This document shows, one piece after another, positions 1 through 8,678 of a stretch of 61,310 nt of DNA. This stretch comes from Bacteroidales bacterium (GTDB lineage Bacteria > Bacteroidota > Bacteroidia > Bacteroidales > UBA7960): the NCBI GenBank assembly GCA_007129355.1, contig SKVR01000219.1, positions 1-61,310 of the forward strand, written 5' to 3'. The notes under the pieces were generated by a model. The model was given only the letters and a program-made list of their open reading frames with translations. It searched no databases and was not told where the DNA came from. Each line of letters opens with the position of its first letter. The first letter of the stretch is position 1. The position numbers were made by a program, and so were the translations under genes.

Positions 1-71
1 AAATGGCTGCATAAGTGCTAAAACTGATTTTTTTTTTCAGTTATTACAACAGTCATATAAATCTTCGATGC

Positions 72-2363
72 TTATTTAACGGTTTCTAACTGGTAATGCA
101 AAACAGGTTCAGCCGGCAACAGGTGCCTGATAAAATAATTCCATCTGACCTTGGTGAAATAATCCCCGTCGGCCCTGCCAAAACTATGATTTGTACCGGG
201 CAGAATGAGCATATCAAAATCTTTTCCGGCCCTGATTAAATACTCTGCCAGTTTATAGGTTGCTGATGGGTTGACATTTTCATCCTTAGCGCCATGTGCA
301 ATCAGCAGGTGCCCCTGCAGTTTATGTGCATTGGTAACATTAGATTGTTCGTGATAATAATCTCCTACGGGGTATCCCATATACATTTCGGGCCACCAGG
401 CCTTTTCCATCCTGTGATCGTGATCGGCAGCTGATGCCACTCCCACCTTATAAAAATCAGGGTACTGAAGCATGCCCCTGCCGGCATCATAACCGCCGGC
501 TGAATGACCATAAATGCCTATTCGGGTGGTATCGATCCAGTTGTGATGTTTAGCCAACTGGCGTATAGCTGTAACATGACAATCGAGGCTATAGCCCATA
601 TTCATGTATGATACATCGCGGAAGGCTTTGGAACGCTGTGAAGTACCCATACCATCTACCACTATAATGGCAAAACCGAATGCCCTCAATGGATTCTGAA
701 TGTTGAGCAGGGCATTGGAGAATGACTTGGGGGTGATGGATGTGTGCGGACCGGTATAGGTATAATCAATGATGGGATATTTTTTCCGTGGATTGAAATT
801 TTCTGGCTGGTAAATAACTCCGTAAATGTCGGTAATGCCGTCGCGTCCTTTGGCAGTGAAGGTCATGGGGGGTATCCAGCCGGAAGACAGCAGGTCATCC
901 ACATCTGCACGACTAATCTCAAATACTGTATGGCCACTTTCAAGCTCCCTAAATAACGAAACTGTGGGCAAATCGACCCGTGAATAGTTATTGACAAAAT
1001 ACTTTTTACATGGAGAAATACTCACCTGGTGATGAGCATTTTCCGGGGTAAGAAGTGTGACATTGTTCCCGTCGAAACCTACACTGTACAGGTGATTGTA
1101 ATAAGGATTCCTGCCGGGTTCCCTGCCGCCTGCAATGAAATAGATCAGTTCATTTTCTTCATCAATATGAAAAACGCTTTTCACTAAATATTCCCCTTTG
1201 GTTACCGGATTGATCAGTTCGCCGCTTTGCCAGTCATACAAATAGAGATGATGCCAGCCACTTGCCTGGGAGCTGAACAACAACAGCCCATCTCCGATCC
1301 GCCGCATGATAAGATTGCTGTATTCAACCGATGTATCACTGATTTCGGAAATGAGAACCCGGGAAGTACCGGTGTCAGCATCAATTTTTATAACATCGGC
1401 CTGCTTGAAACCCCTGTGCGCGTGCAAAGCAAAAAGGCTGTCGGAACCCTGTGTCCATTGGAAAGACACTCCAATAAAATGGGGTATGGGATCCAAATCC
1501 AGATGGATCTCTGCGCCTTTATCCAAATCGAAAATAACAGGCCGGTACCATACTACGGTTGTATCGCCCGGTGAACCCCTGTAGTAGCTCAATAATTTGG
1601 GTCTGAAAAGGGAATCTATGGAAAAATCCAGCAGATACATCTTCTCAGCCATTCTAATATCTGCAATATAGGTAAGAAGCTTACGGGAATCGGGCGACCA
1701 GTTAACAAAAAGGTTTTCCGGCCGGCTGCCTCCCTCTCCTTCCATCAGGTCTGACCAACCGTAGGTGCTGGCATACTCGTATTTATGTTGGCCATCCAGG
1801 CTAAGCTGCAGTTCTTCTCCGGTTTTGAGATCGCGAATAAAAAGGTTGTAGTCGCAAATAAAAGCCTGCAGCTTTCCATCGGGCGACAGTCCCCTTTTTC
1901 GCCTGTCATCATCATTAGTATCCCTTTTTGATAACTGGTTGCTTTCTGTATCAAATTCCCAGTTGGTGTTTTCGTACCTGAACCCAATCAAGCGGCCCTC
2001 ACGATAACTTATCCTGTCAAACGGCAAATCTGCATAGTTGATTTCTTTACCTGTCAATTCAGATAGTGCAGTTGCCAAAGCCTTATGATCAAATGCCGGA
2101 CTTGTTATGGCTTCGTCAAGCCATGTTTTAAAAAAACGTTTACCTTCCCGGGTTTGGGTAACATGCCAGAACCCTGAACTGTCGACAAGCCAGTTGGGTT
2201 GAACTTCAAGATGGTAAACATTTTTAAGGATATTTGATGCAAGCAAGGCTTCTGCACGCTCGTAATGTGCAGGGGTAATCTGTATCGCTGTTGTGCAACT
2301 ATGACAAAATATAACAATAGCTAAAATAAAAAGCCAAAAACTGTAAGCTAGCAATGGTTTCAT
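72..2363 (-). CDS. S9 family serine peptidase, dipeptidyl-peptidase IV-like
   Basis: 763-aa ORF. N-terminal signal or lipobox-like segment (LAIVIFCHSC). Long propeller-type N-terminal region. C-terminal alpha/beta-hydrolase part with nucleophile elbow GHSAGGY, then AHGAKDENV (Asp) and GTNHSF (His) in S9B order. Confidence 0.85.
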   Translation of the reverse strand: MKPLLAYSFWLFILAIVIFCHSCTTAIQITPAHYERAEALLASNILKNVYHLEVQPNWLVDSSGFWHVTQTREGKRFFKTWLDEAITSPAFDHKALATALSELTGKEINYADLPFDRISYREGRLIGFRYENTNWEFDTESNQLSKRDTNDDDRRKRGLSPDGKLQAFICDYNLFIRDLKTGEELQLSLDGQHKYEYASTYGWSDLMEGEGGSRPENLFVNWSPDSRKLLTYIADIRMAEKMYLLDFSIDSLFRPKLLSYYRGSPGDTTVVWYRPVIFDLDKGAEIHLDLDPIPHFIGVSFQWTQGSDSLFALHAHRGFKQADVIKIDADTGTSRVLISEISDTSVEYSNLIMRRIGDGLLLFSSQASGWHHLYLYDWQSGELINPVTKGEYLVKSVFHIDEENELIYFIAGGREPGRNPYYNHLYSVGFDGNNVTLLTPENAHHQVSISPCKKYFVNNYSRVDLPTVSLFRELESGHTVFEISRADVDDLLSSGWIPPMTFTAKGRDGITDIYGVIYQPENFNPRKKYPIIDYTYTGPHTSITPKSFSNALLNIQNPLRAFGFAIIVVDGMGTSQRSKAFRDVSYMNMGYSLDCHVTAIRQLAKHHNWIDTTRIGIYGHSAGGYDAGRGMLQYPDFYKVGVASAADHDHRMEKAWWPEMYMGYPVGDYYHEQSNVTNAHKLQGHLLIAHGAKDENVNPSATYKLAEYLIRAGKDFDMLILPGTNHSFGRADGDYFTKVRWNYFIRHLLPAEPVLHYQLETVK

Positions 2364-2531
2364 GATACCGGGGTTTTTAAAAGCCCAAATATCCGTAAAA
2401 TTTCTGAGAAGGGGAAGAAATCCTGATTCAGTAAATCAAATCCAGCCAAGGGTCAGGCATATCCATCCCTACTGAGATTCCAGTTTTATCAAAAGTTGCT
2501 TAATTGACTTTACGCTGATAAATCCTTAACC

Positions 2532-2720
2532 TCACCCTTTATAATGAACAGAATCCTTTTCTGCCTTTTTTAAATCTTCACCACATAGTTTTTGAATTCC
2601 AAAAGGATTACCATCACAATCATAAACGGTACACTCTTTACAAACAAAGCAAGATACAAACATAAAACTAATTAATACACCTGCAAACAAAATACGTAAT
2701 CTTAAAAGATGCTTTTTTAT
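2532..2720 (-). CDS. candidate small Cys-rich lipoprotein, start codon uncertain
   Basis: My own translation of the minus strand gives (I)KKHLLRLRILFAGVLISFMFVSCFVCKECTVYDCDGNPFGIQKLCGEDLKKAEKDSVHYKG*. It has a textbook basic n-region, a hydrophobic core and a lipobox (FVSC), then 6 more Cys. There is no in-frame ATG/GTG/TTG upstream of the signal peptide, only ATA/ATC/ATT, so it is missing from the ORF track. Confidence 0.25.
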   Translation of the reverse strand: MKKHLLRLRILFAGVLISFMFVSCFVCKECTVYDCDGNPFGIQKLCGEDLKKAEKDSVHYKG

Positions 2721-3029
2721 TACGATTAATTCAAGTTTATTGATTTTAATTTTAGGATTATTATTATTAGACTCTCGGTAAATTTGGCCTTTTATATACA
2801 GTTTATAATTACAAAATTTGTCTTCTTTTCAACTGTCCGTTTTTTGAGGGAGCTTACAACCCAGTTGCGGATTACGGGCTGCTAAACTATCCACCGAGAC
2901 GAAAGATAACGCGAAGCAGAAACCCTAAAACCTGCACTGCACATGCACCACGAAGCGATGCGGAGAGTACATCGAACGGTAGCAGCGAAGCTAATTGTCA
3001 GGTATGGCATGTTGGCAACTATGTTTATT

Positions 3030-3542
3030 TCATTCTATTGGTTTTTTATTCTCGTCCCATGAATTCCGGTCGTAAACACCCGGTATTCCATGGTCTCCTT
3101 CTTCAAAGTCAAAAGACACGTATTTTATTCCGTGTAATTCAGTAAAGGAAAATGTTGTCGAAATCATAAAACTCTCCGCTCCGGCTGTTCCCATTTGTTG
3201 TGTCAATACTTCACTGTCTGGAATGGATATGAATGCTGTATCATTTGAAGTTCCGATAAATTTAATCTGCACTCTCGGCCAGGATTTGTTTATTATTTTT
3301 TCTAAAGTCTCTCCTGTTAATGTGTCTCTGTTAACCGGTCTTAATTGTGTTGCTTCAAATTCTTCTGTCTGCTGGTTGTAGTCATATCTCCAAATTGCTC
3401 CTGAAGGGTCATATACCACAGAACTCTTTGTGTCGATTTCACTTTTCTCTGATATATCACCTGCCACACTGTCTTCCTGTTGTGTCGGATTACAGCTAAT
3501 TATAAGTAAAATCAGTCCTAGTGAAATTAGTTTAGTTTTCAT
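3030..3542 (-). CDS. hypothetical lipoprotein
   Basis: 170-aa ORF with lipoprotein signal MKTKLISLGLILLIISC. No recognisable catalytic motif. Confidence 0.6.
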   Translation of the reverse strand: MKTKLISLGLILLIISCNPTQQEDSVAGDISEKSEIDTKSSVVYDPSGAIWRYDYNQQTEEFEATQLRPVNRDTLTGETLEKIINKSWPRVQIKFIGTSNDTAFISIPDSEVLTQQMGTAGAESFMISTTFSFTELHGIKYVSFDFEEGDHGIPGVYDRNSWDENKKPIE

Positions 3543-3578
3543 TTACACTCTGAAAGCAGTTAATTTGTATTAAATAGA

Positions 3579-4505
3579 TTACTCAGTACCTAAAAAAGGA
3601 TTTTCACCGGCATCCATCAGCTCAGCACTTTCCTTGGGTCTGATTCCATAACCGAATTTCAGTGCCCATTGCCTTGTAAATTCAGCCCCAAAGAGCAGGA
3701 TCATAGCAACGTATGATATCCAAACCAGCAGAAGAATAATGGAACCTGCAGCTCCATATACCGAACCCGGATCGGTGTAATTAAAATAAACACTTAGTCC
3801 GAACTGACCCAACCCAAACAGTAGGGCAGTTATAAAAGCTCCTACCCAAACGGAGCGCCAGCGGATAATGGCATCGGGCAATATCTTGAACATCAGGGCA
3901 AACATTACCGTAATCACAAAAAGTGATATCAGGTAATTGGAAAAATGCATAGCTGAAGAGATCGTATCGGGCCATTGTGTTTTCAGCCAGTCGCCCAGCA
4001 TGGAAATAATAGAATTAACTACCAGTGACATAAGCATCAGAAAACCTATAGCCAATATAAGGCCGAATGAGAACAAACGATCTTTCAAATATTTAAGAAA
4101 AGCCTGTTTGGGTTTAGGCACCACACCCCAAATTCTATTGAGTGATAACTGCAACTGATAAAAAACGGTAGTTGCCCCAAAGATCAGAAACCCGATACCT
4201 GCAATAAACGCTATGCGCGATGAGCCGGGATCAGCGGCATTGGCAACCATTGTCTCTACCACCTTGGCTGATTCTGCACCTATCATATCTTCAATCTGAT
4301 AAGAGAGCTGGTTAGATACTGCTTCTTCACCAAAAAAATACCCGGTCATTACAATAATGATGAGTAACAACGCTGGCAGCGAAAAAATAGAATAATAGGC
4401 AATAATGGCACTCTGGCGCCAGGGGTTAGCTTCATCCCAGCGAATGGCTGTATTTTTTATTACTTCCCAAAGGTCTGGAAGAATGGTTTTAAGCTTTTCA
4501 GGCAT
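3579..4505 (-). CDS. YihY/BrkB (virulence factor BrkB) family membrane protein
   Basis: About 308 aa with roughly six hydrophobic helices. The N-terminal part (RWDEANPWRQSAIIAYYSIFSLPALLLI) and the C-terminal GAEFTRQ are typical of the family. ATG at 4505 is preferred over the GTG at 4511. Confidence 0.8.
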   Translation of the reverse strand: MPEKLKTILPDLWEVIKNTAIRWDEANPWRQSAIIAYYSIFSLPALLLIIIVMTGYFFGEEAVSNQLSYQIEDMIGAESAKVVETMVANAADPGSSRIAFIAGIGFLIFGATTVFYQLQLSLNRIWGVVPKPKQAFLKYLKDRLFSFGLILAIGFLMLMSLVVNSIISMLGDWLKTQWPDTISSAMHFSNYLISLFVITVMFALMFKILPDAIIRWRSVWVGAFITALLFGLGQFGLSVYFNYTDPGSVYGAAGSIILLLVWISYVAMILLFGAEFTRQWALKFGYGIRPKESAELMDAGENPFLGTE

Positions 4506-4536
4506 AAGCACAGTATTTAAAATCCTGGTTTTTCAT

Positions 4537-7290
4537 TTATCCGGTACTTTTTAATCCACCCGATATGGCAGTGGTAATCATAAGGAGTTTATCAAGAACT
4601 GCTCCCGTTTTTATGGGATCGGTTTTATCCATAGCGCGCCACTCCCTTATTCTGGCAATATGCATCTGATGAAGTTTCTGGAGTATTTTACTCCGTCTTT
4701 CAATATTATCGAGCAGGCTGTGACGGCGGTTTTCTGCTTCTTCGCCCAGCAATCCAATAATTTGCCTGATACCTTCTGAATGTTCGGGCATAATCATTTC
4801 CATAAACTCATCCCTTACATCCTTGTTTTCGACCATTGCGGCATAGGCGGCCATCAGATCCGGATCAGCGTTGAGTAAATTGGTCTCTACATGTATGAGC
4901 GTATACCTGAGAAAGGGCCATCGATGAGCATATTTCTTAATCTGATCAAAAAGATCCGGATTTTCTTCCTTCATGGTCCTTAGTGCATATCCTACTCCAA
5001 ACCAGGCAGTGAGATTGAACCTTGACTGGTTCCAGCTGAATACCCAGGGGATGGCACGCAAATCGTCAAGGGTTCGCTGACCCGTACGACGGGCTGGGCG
5101 CGATCCTATGCGACTGTTCTCCAGAACATCAATGGGAGTGGCCTGACCATAAAACTCAATGAAGTCAGGATGTTTAATAAGTTCCTGATATTTTTCCAGT
5201 GAAAGAACATTAAGCCTGTCGAGTGCTTCGTAGGGAAATTTCGCCGATTCTTCATCCGATTTTTTCCAGGCAGTCTGCAGTACAACACCCGACACGAGCA
5301 TTTCAAGATTGTACGCTGCATTACACATATTGGCAAATTGCTGAGAAATGGTTTCTCCCTGCACGGTAAGTTTTATTTGTCCGCTCACACTGCCCCGTGG
5401 CATGCTATTCATAAATCTGTGATATTTACCCCCGCCGCGGCTTATAGTACCACCAATACCATGGAAGAAGCGCAGGTCTGTTCCATGCTTCTCTCCCACT
5501 TCGGTAAGTCGTTGCTCTACCCTGTATATGTTCCAGCGACTGGCTATGATGCCGCCGTCTTTGTTACTGTCGCTGTATCCCAGCATTACCTCCTGCACCG
5601 GTGGCATATTAGCTGCAAGACTTTGTGTCATTGGATGAGAAAGAAATGCATCAAGAATCTTATCGGATTGTTTGAGATCTTCAATGGTTTCAAATAACGG
5701 AACTACCTGCAGGGGAATATCCAGCAACCCCAGTTCGCGCAGGAAAAGATAAACCACCAGCAAATCGCTGAGTCCACGGGTCATACTTACGATAAGCGAG
5801 CCAATACCTCCATGTCCGTAAAGTGCTATATGATTTTTCAATACTCTGTAACAAGCAATTACCTGGTCAGCTTCAGGTCCGACTTTGGCATCTGCAATCA
5901 CAAAAGGTCTGCTGCTTTTCAATTCCTGTGTAAGGAATTCAATCCGTTTTTTTTCATCCCAGGTGCTGTACTGCCAGTCATCGAAGGAAGCTGCCTGCAG
6001 CATTTGTTCCAGTGCTTTTTCATGAAAATCACTGTTCTGACGAATATCCAGCCGGGCAAGGTGAAATCCGAAGCACTGTACCTGCCTTTCAAGGGGAAAC
6101 AACACTTCATCCAAAATACGTCCGGCACCAATCTCAAATAAGCTTTCGCGGAACAATTTCAGGTCTTTCTGCATTGCTGCAGCATCAGGGTAAAATGAGC
6201 CAGGGCCCCCATGATTTTCCGATATGGTATTTTCAAGTTTCGCGAGCATCAGATTAACATACTGACGCCAGGGTTCGCGGGTATTTCTTGCCACCGCTTT
6301 TTCACCCTGTTCATCCAGAACACTGCGCATCTGACCAATAGCATTGTGAAAAAACGAAGGAACCGGGTTCTGACCATCAGAAAAACTGATACGTGCAGCC
6401 AGTTCTTTCATGCTTTCACCTATGATACTCAGAGCAGCCTGCCTGTGCAATTTCAAAGTGGTTTGGGTTACTTCGGCCGAAACAAAAGGATGACCATCGC
6501 GATCGCCTCCCACCCAGCTCCCGAACTCCAGCACAGGAAAATGATGTGGTTCCCTGAGCAGTTCAGGGTCAAAGCCCGCAAAACTCCAGGAGTACTTCAG
6601 CTTTTTGTCACTGGTTTTTAAGGCCTCAGGAAATACTTTTGTGAAGTAATGCATTACATTATTGCGCTCCGACTCCAGGTCGGGCTTTTGAAGGTGAATC
6701 TCGCGGGTGCGCCACCAACGTTCAAGCCGGGCCTTAATGTCATCATCAATGGCGATGTGCTCTGATTTTGACCACATGGAATTTTCCTTCTTAAGCAAAA
6801 GCAAATAAATATCGCGATGCAATTCCAGTACCGATACTCTTTTGGCTTCAGTAGGATGCGCTGTTAGCACCGGCATTACTCTTACCTTCGAAAGCACCCG
6901 GGCTATCTCATCCTGACCCAGCCCCCTGTCCTGAAGCTTTTTGAAGGTTTCGCTCCACGAGCCACGAATGGCCGCCATACCTATATGATTTTCAAGCTTT
7001 CTTCGGAATTGAACGGTAGCATTCTCTTCAACCAGATTCATTAACTGGAAGGAAATACTCAAGGCCTGTATGAGTTTCTCATTCTGCGCCGCATCTGTAA
7101 TTTCGGGAATATTTTCTCCGGAGCCCACAGGCAGCATTTCTGCAACCGTATTTTCATCCAGACACATTAAGACATCCTGAAATGAAGTTAAGGCTGACTG
7201 TAAATTTTCATGTATCTTCTGCAGACCTTCTTTTTCTATTTGTTCCTGTGTAACTTTCGGGGAGTTCTGTTCTGAAGCGTTATTATGCAT
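4537..7290 (-). CDS. ppc: phosphoenolpyruvate carboxylase
   Basis: 917 aa. Contains PEPC signatures VLTAHPTEAKR and GYSDSNKDGG, and the C-terminus ends ..KSTG. Confidence 0.95.
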   Translation of the reverse strand: MHNNASEQNSPKVTQEQIEKEGLQKIHENLQSALTSFQDVLMCLDENTVAEMLPVGSGENIPEITDAAQNEKLIQALSISFQLMNLVEENATVQFRRKLENHIGMAAIRGSWSETFKKLQDRGLGQDEIARVLSKVRVMPVLTAHPTEAKRVSVLELHRDIYLLLLKKENSMWSKSEHIAIDDDIKARLERWWRTREIHLQKPDLESERNNVMHYFTKVFPEALKTSDKKLKYSWSFAGFDPELLREPHHFPVLEFGSWVGGDRDGHPFVSAEVTQTTLKLHRQAALSIIGESMKELAARISFSDGQNPVPSFFHNAIGQMRSVLDEQGEKAVARNTREPWRQYVNLMLAKLENTISENHGGPGSFYPDAAAMQKDLKLFRESLFEIGAGRILDEVLFPLERQVQCFGFHLARLDIRQNSDFHEKALEQMLQAASFDDWQYSTWDEKKRIEFLTQELKSSRPFVIADAKVGPEADQVIACYRVLKNHIALYGHGGIGSLIVSMTRGLSDLLVVYLFLRELGLLDIPLQVVPLFETIEDLKQSDKILDAFLSHPMTQSLAANMPPVQEVMLGYSDSNKDGGIIASRWNIYRVEQRLTEVGEKHGTDLRFFHGIGGTISRGGGKYHRFMNSMPRGSVSGQIKLTVQGETISQQFANMCNAAYNLEMLVSGVVLQTAWKKSDEESAKFPYEALDRLNVLSLEKYQELIKHPDFIEFYGQATPIDVLENSRIGSRPARRTGQRTLDDLRAIPWVFSWNQSRFNLTAWFGVGYALRTMKEENPDLFDQIKKYAHRWPFLRYTLIHVETNLLNADPDLMAAYAAMVENKDVRDEFMEMIMPEHSEGIRQIIGLLGEEAENRRHSLLDNIERRSKILQKLHQMHIARIREWRAMDKTDPIKTGAVLDKLLMITTAISGGLKSTG

Positions 7291-7333
7291 GGGAAATTTT
7301 GAATTTTTAATTCCTATAATTAAGATTTCTTGT

Positions 7334-7341
7334 CAAATTTA
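7334..7341 (-). promoter_or_regulatory. Bacteroidota-type -7 box (TAAATTTG on minus strand) upstream of ppc
   Basis: Plus-strand caaattta is the reverse complement of TAnnTTTG. It lies about 44 nt upstream of the ppc ATG. Confidence 0.35.
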
Positions 7342-7606
7342 CAAAACCGGGATTTATTCTGCTGCCCTCTGAAACCAATCACTGAAAAGTTTTCTGTCAA
7401 TATCATCCAATGATCTCAGCTAAACATGCGTCATATCCTTGCCCTATTTTACAGACATGCAAAAATCAAATATAATGAAAAACCCCGCAAAAATATGATA
7501 TTATCCTCCATTTCTCAACATTTGATCCCTTACGAATGGGATTTCAAGCCTACGGCTTTCTGAATTTGACATAATTTCCTAAATTTACTCCACCAAACCC
7601 AACACC

Positions 7607-8203
7607 ATGAAAAAACTATTAACCCCGGGCATGCTTCTGGTTTTCATGCTCCCAATACTTCAGCTTATGAGTCAGCAACCTCAGAAAGATGTATTCACCA
7701 TCATTCACCAGCGAAAAAGCGTAAGGCAATATGTTGATCTTCCCGTACCCGAAGAAAAAATTGACACCATGCTTCGTGCAGCCATGGCCGCGCCCACTGC
7801 CCGCAACATCCAACCCTGGCAGTTTTACGTTATAACAAATCGTGAAACTCTTAACCAGCTGGCCGATGAACTCCCTTACGCCAAAATGCTCAGCCAGGCG
7901 CCCCTTGCCATCGTTGTAGCCGGCGACACTCAGAAAGGAAACCCCAACGAAGAACAGTTCTTCAACTGGGCACTGGATTGCTCAGCAGCCACACAAAATC
8001 TGCTGCTGGCCGCCGAAGCATTGGGACTGGGAGCTCTATGGACCGGCGTTTACCCCTACAAAGCCCGCATCGCAGCAGTAAGCAAAGCACTTGACCTGTC
8101 GCCGCACATCATCCCTCTCAATATAATTCCTATCGGCTACCCCCTGATGGACGACCAGTCCAAGGATAAATGGGACCCGGAGAAGGTTAAGTGGGTGGAG
8201 TAG
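7607..8203 (+). CDS. nitroreductase family protein with N-terminal signal-like segment
   Basis: 198 aa. Contains RKSVRQY and APTARNIQPW, typical of the FMN nitroreductase fold. The N-terminus MKKLLTPGMLLVFMLPILQLMSQQ looks like a secretion signal. Confidence 0.85.
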   Translation: MKKLLTPGMLLVFMLPILQLMSQQPQKDVFTIIHQRKSVRQYVDLPVPEEKIDTMLRAAMAAPTARNIQPWQFYVITNRETLNQLADELPYAKMLSQAPLAIVVAGDTQKGNPNEEQFFNWALDCSAATQNLLLAAEALGLGALWTGVYPYKARIAAVSKALDLSPHIIPLNIIPIGYPLMDDQSKDKWDPEKVKWVE

Positions 8204-8344
8204 GTTGATGTTAAGATTGAGATTGAGGCTAAGCTTTAGCAAAAACCCGGGAGCGTGAGCGATTCGGGAATGGGATTGAGGTGTATTGAAATCAAAAACA
8301 ACCAAGGGGAAGATGGGATTAATATTATTTAAGGTCTGAAGATG

Positions 8345-8550
8345 CTACATTTGCGAGGACACTAGGTTAAAGTATTTATAGATAAGCGAGATAACCCGTC
8401 CGCCCTTTACTTTTCGTGATAATACATCTATAAGCTTGCTGTGGTTAACCTTGAGAAATTCCCATTCACAATTCATAATATCATTGATGAGGAAAATAAA
8501 ACCATACGAATTCTATCCTTCTTCAAAACCCATCGGGATCCGGGAAAATG
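8345..8550 (-). pseudogene. decayed fragment of a group II intron-type reverse transcriptase
   Basis: My minus-strand translation gives ..SRIPMGFEEG*NSYGFIFLINDIMNCEWEFLKVNHSKLIDVLSRKVKGGRVISLIYKYFNLVSSQM*. SYGF(RP), DIxxC..(F)xxVNHxxLIxxLxxKVKxxxxxxLIYKF/YL match the RT motif 1-2a region of group II intron maturases (compare LtrA DIKGCFDNIDHVTLIGLINLKIKDMKMSQLIYKFLKAG). It has an in-frame stop, an internal deletion and is truncated after about 65 codons. Confidence 0.55.
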
Positions 8551-8678
8551 AAAAAAAAGAACTGATTAATATTTTTAAATAAAAATTTTTTCTTTTAATA
8601 ACCAATTAAGAACTTTATCATTCTTTATTTTTATAATCCACCCCTTTTTACTAATTTGCGAGCCATAATTTGTTTTTT

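Noticed and set aside
22-45. Hairpin aactga-T10-tcagtt downstream of the S9 peptidase gene as its terminator
   Set aside because: The 10-nt homopolymer is the loop rather than a trailing U tract on the coding (minus) strand, and the stem is only 6 bp and AT-rich.
744-2317. Small ORFs overlapping the S9 peptidase gene (744-956, 1227-1584, 1745-1987, 2105-2317)
   Set aside because: They are nested in or antisense to a 763-aa gene with clear catalytic motifs, and they have no independent signals.
2912-2991. Periodic cgaagc at 35-39-nt spacing as a possible degenerate CRISPR-like array
   Set aside because: The repeated unit is only 6 nt, there are three copies, and there are no cas genes or longer conserved repeats.
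8212-8221. Shared 10-mer taagattgag at 8212-8221 and 18362-18371, both just past stop codons
   Set aside because: It is too short to be statistically meaningful in 61 kb. The orientation relative to the upstream gene differs between the two sites.
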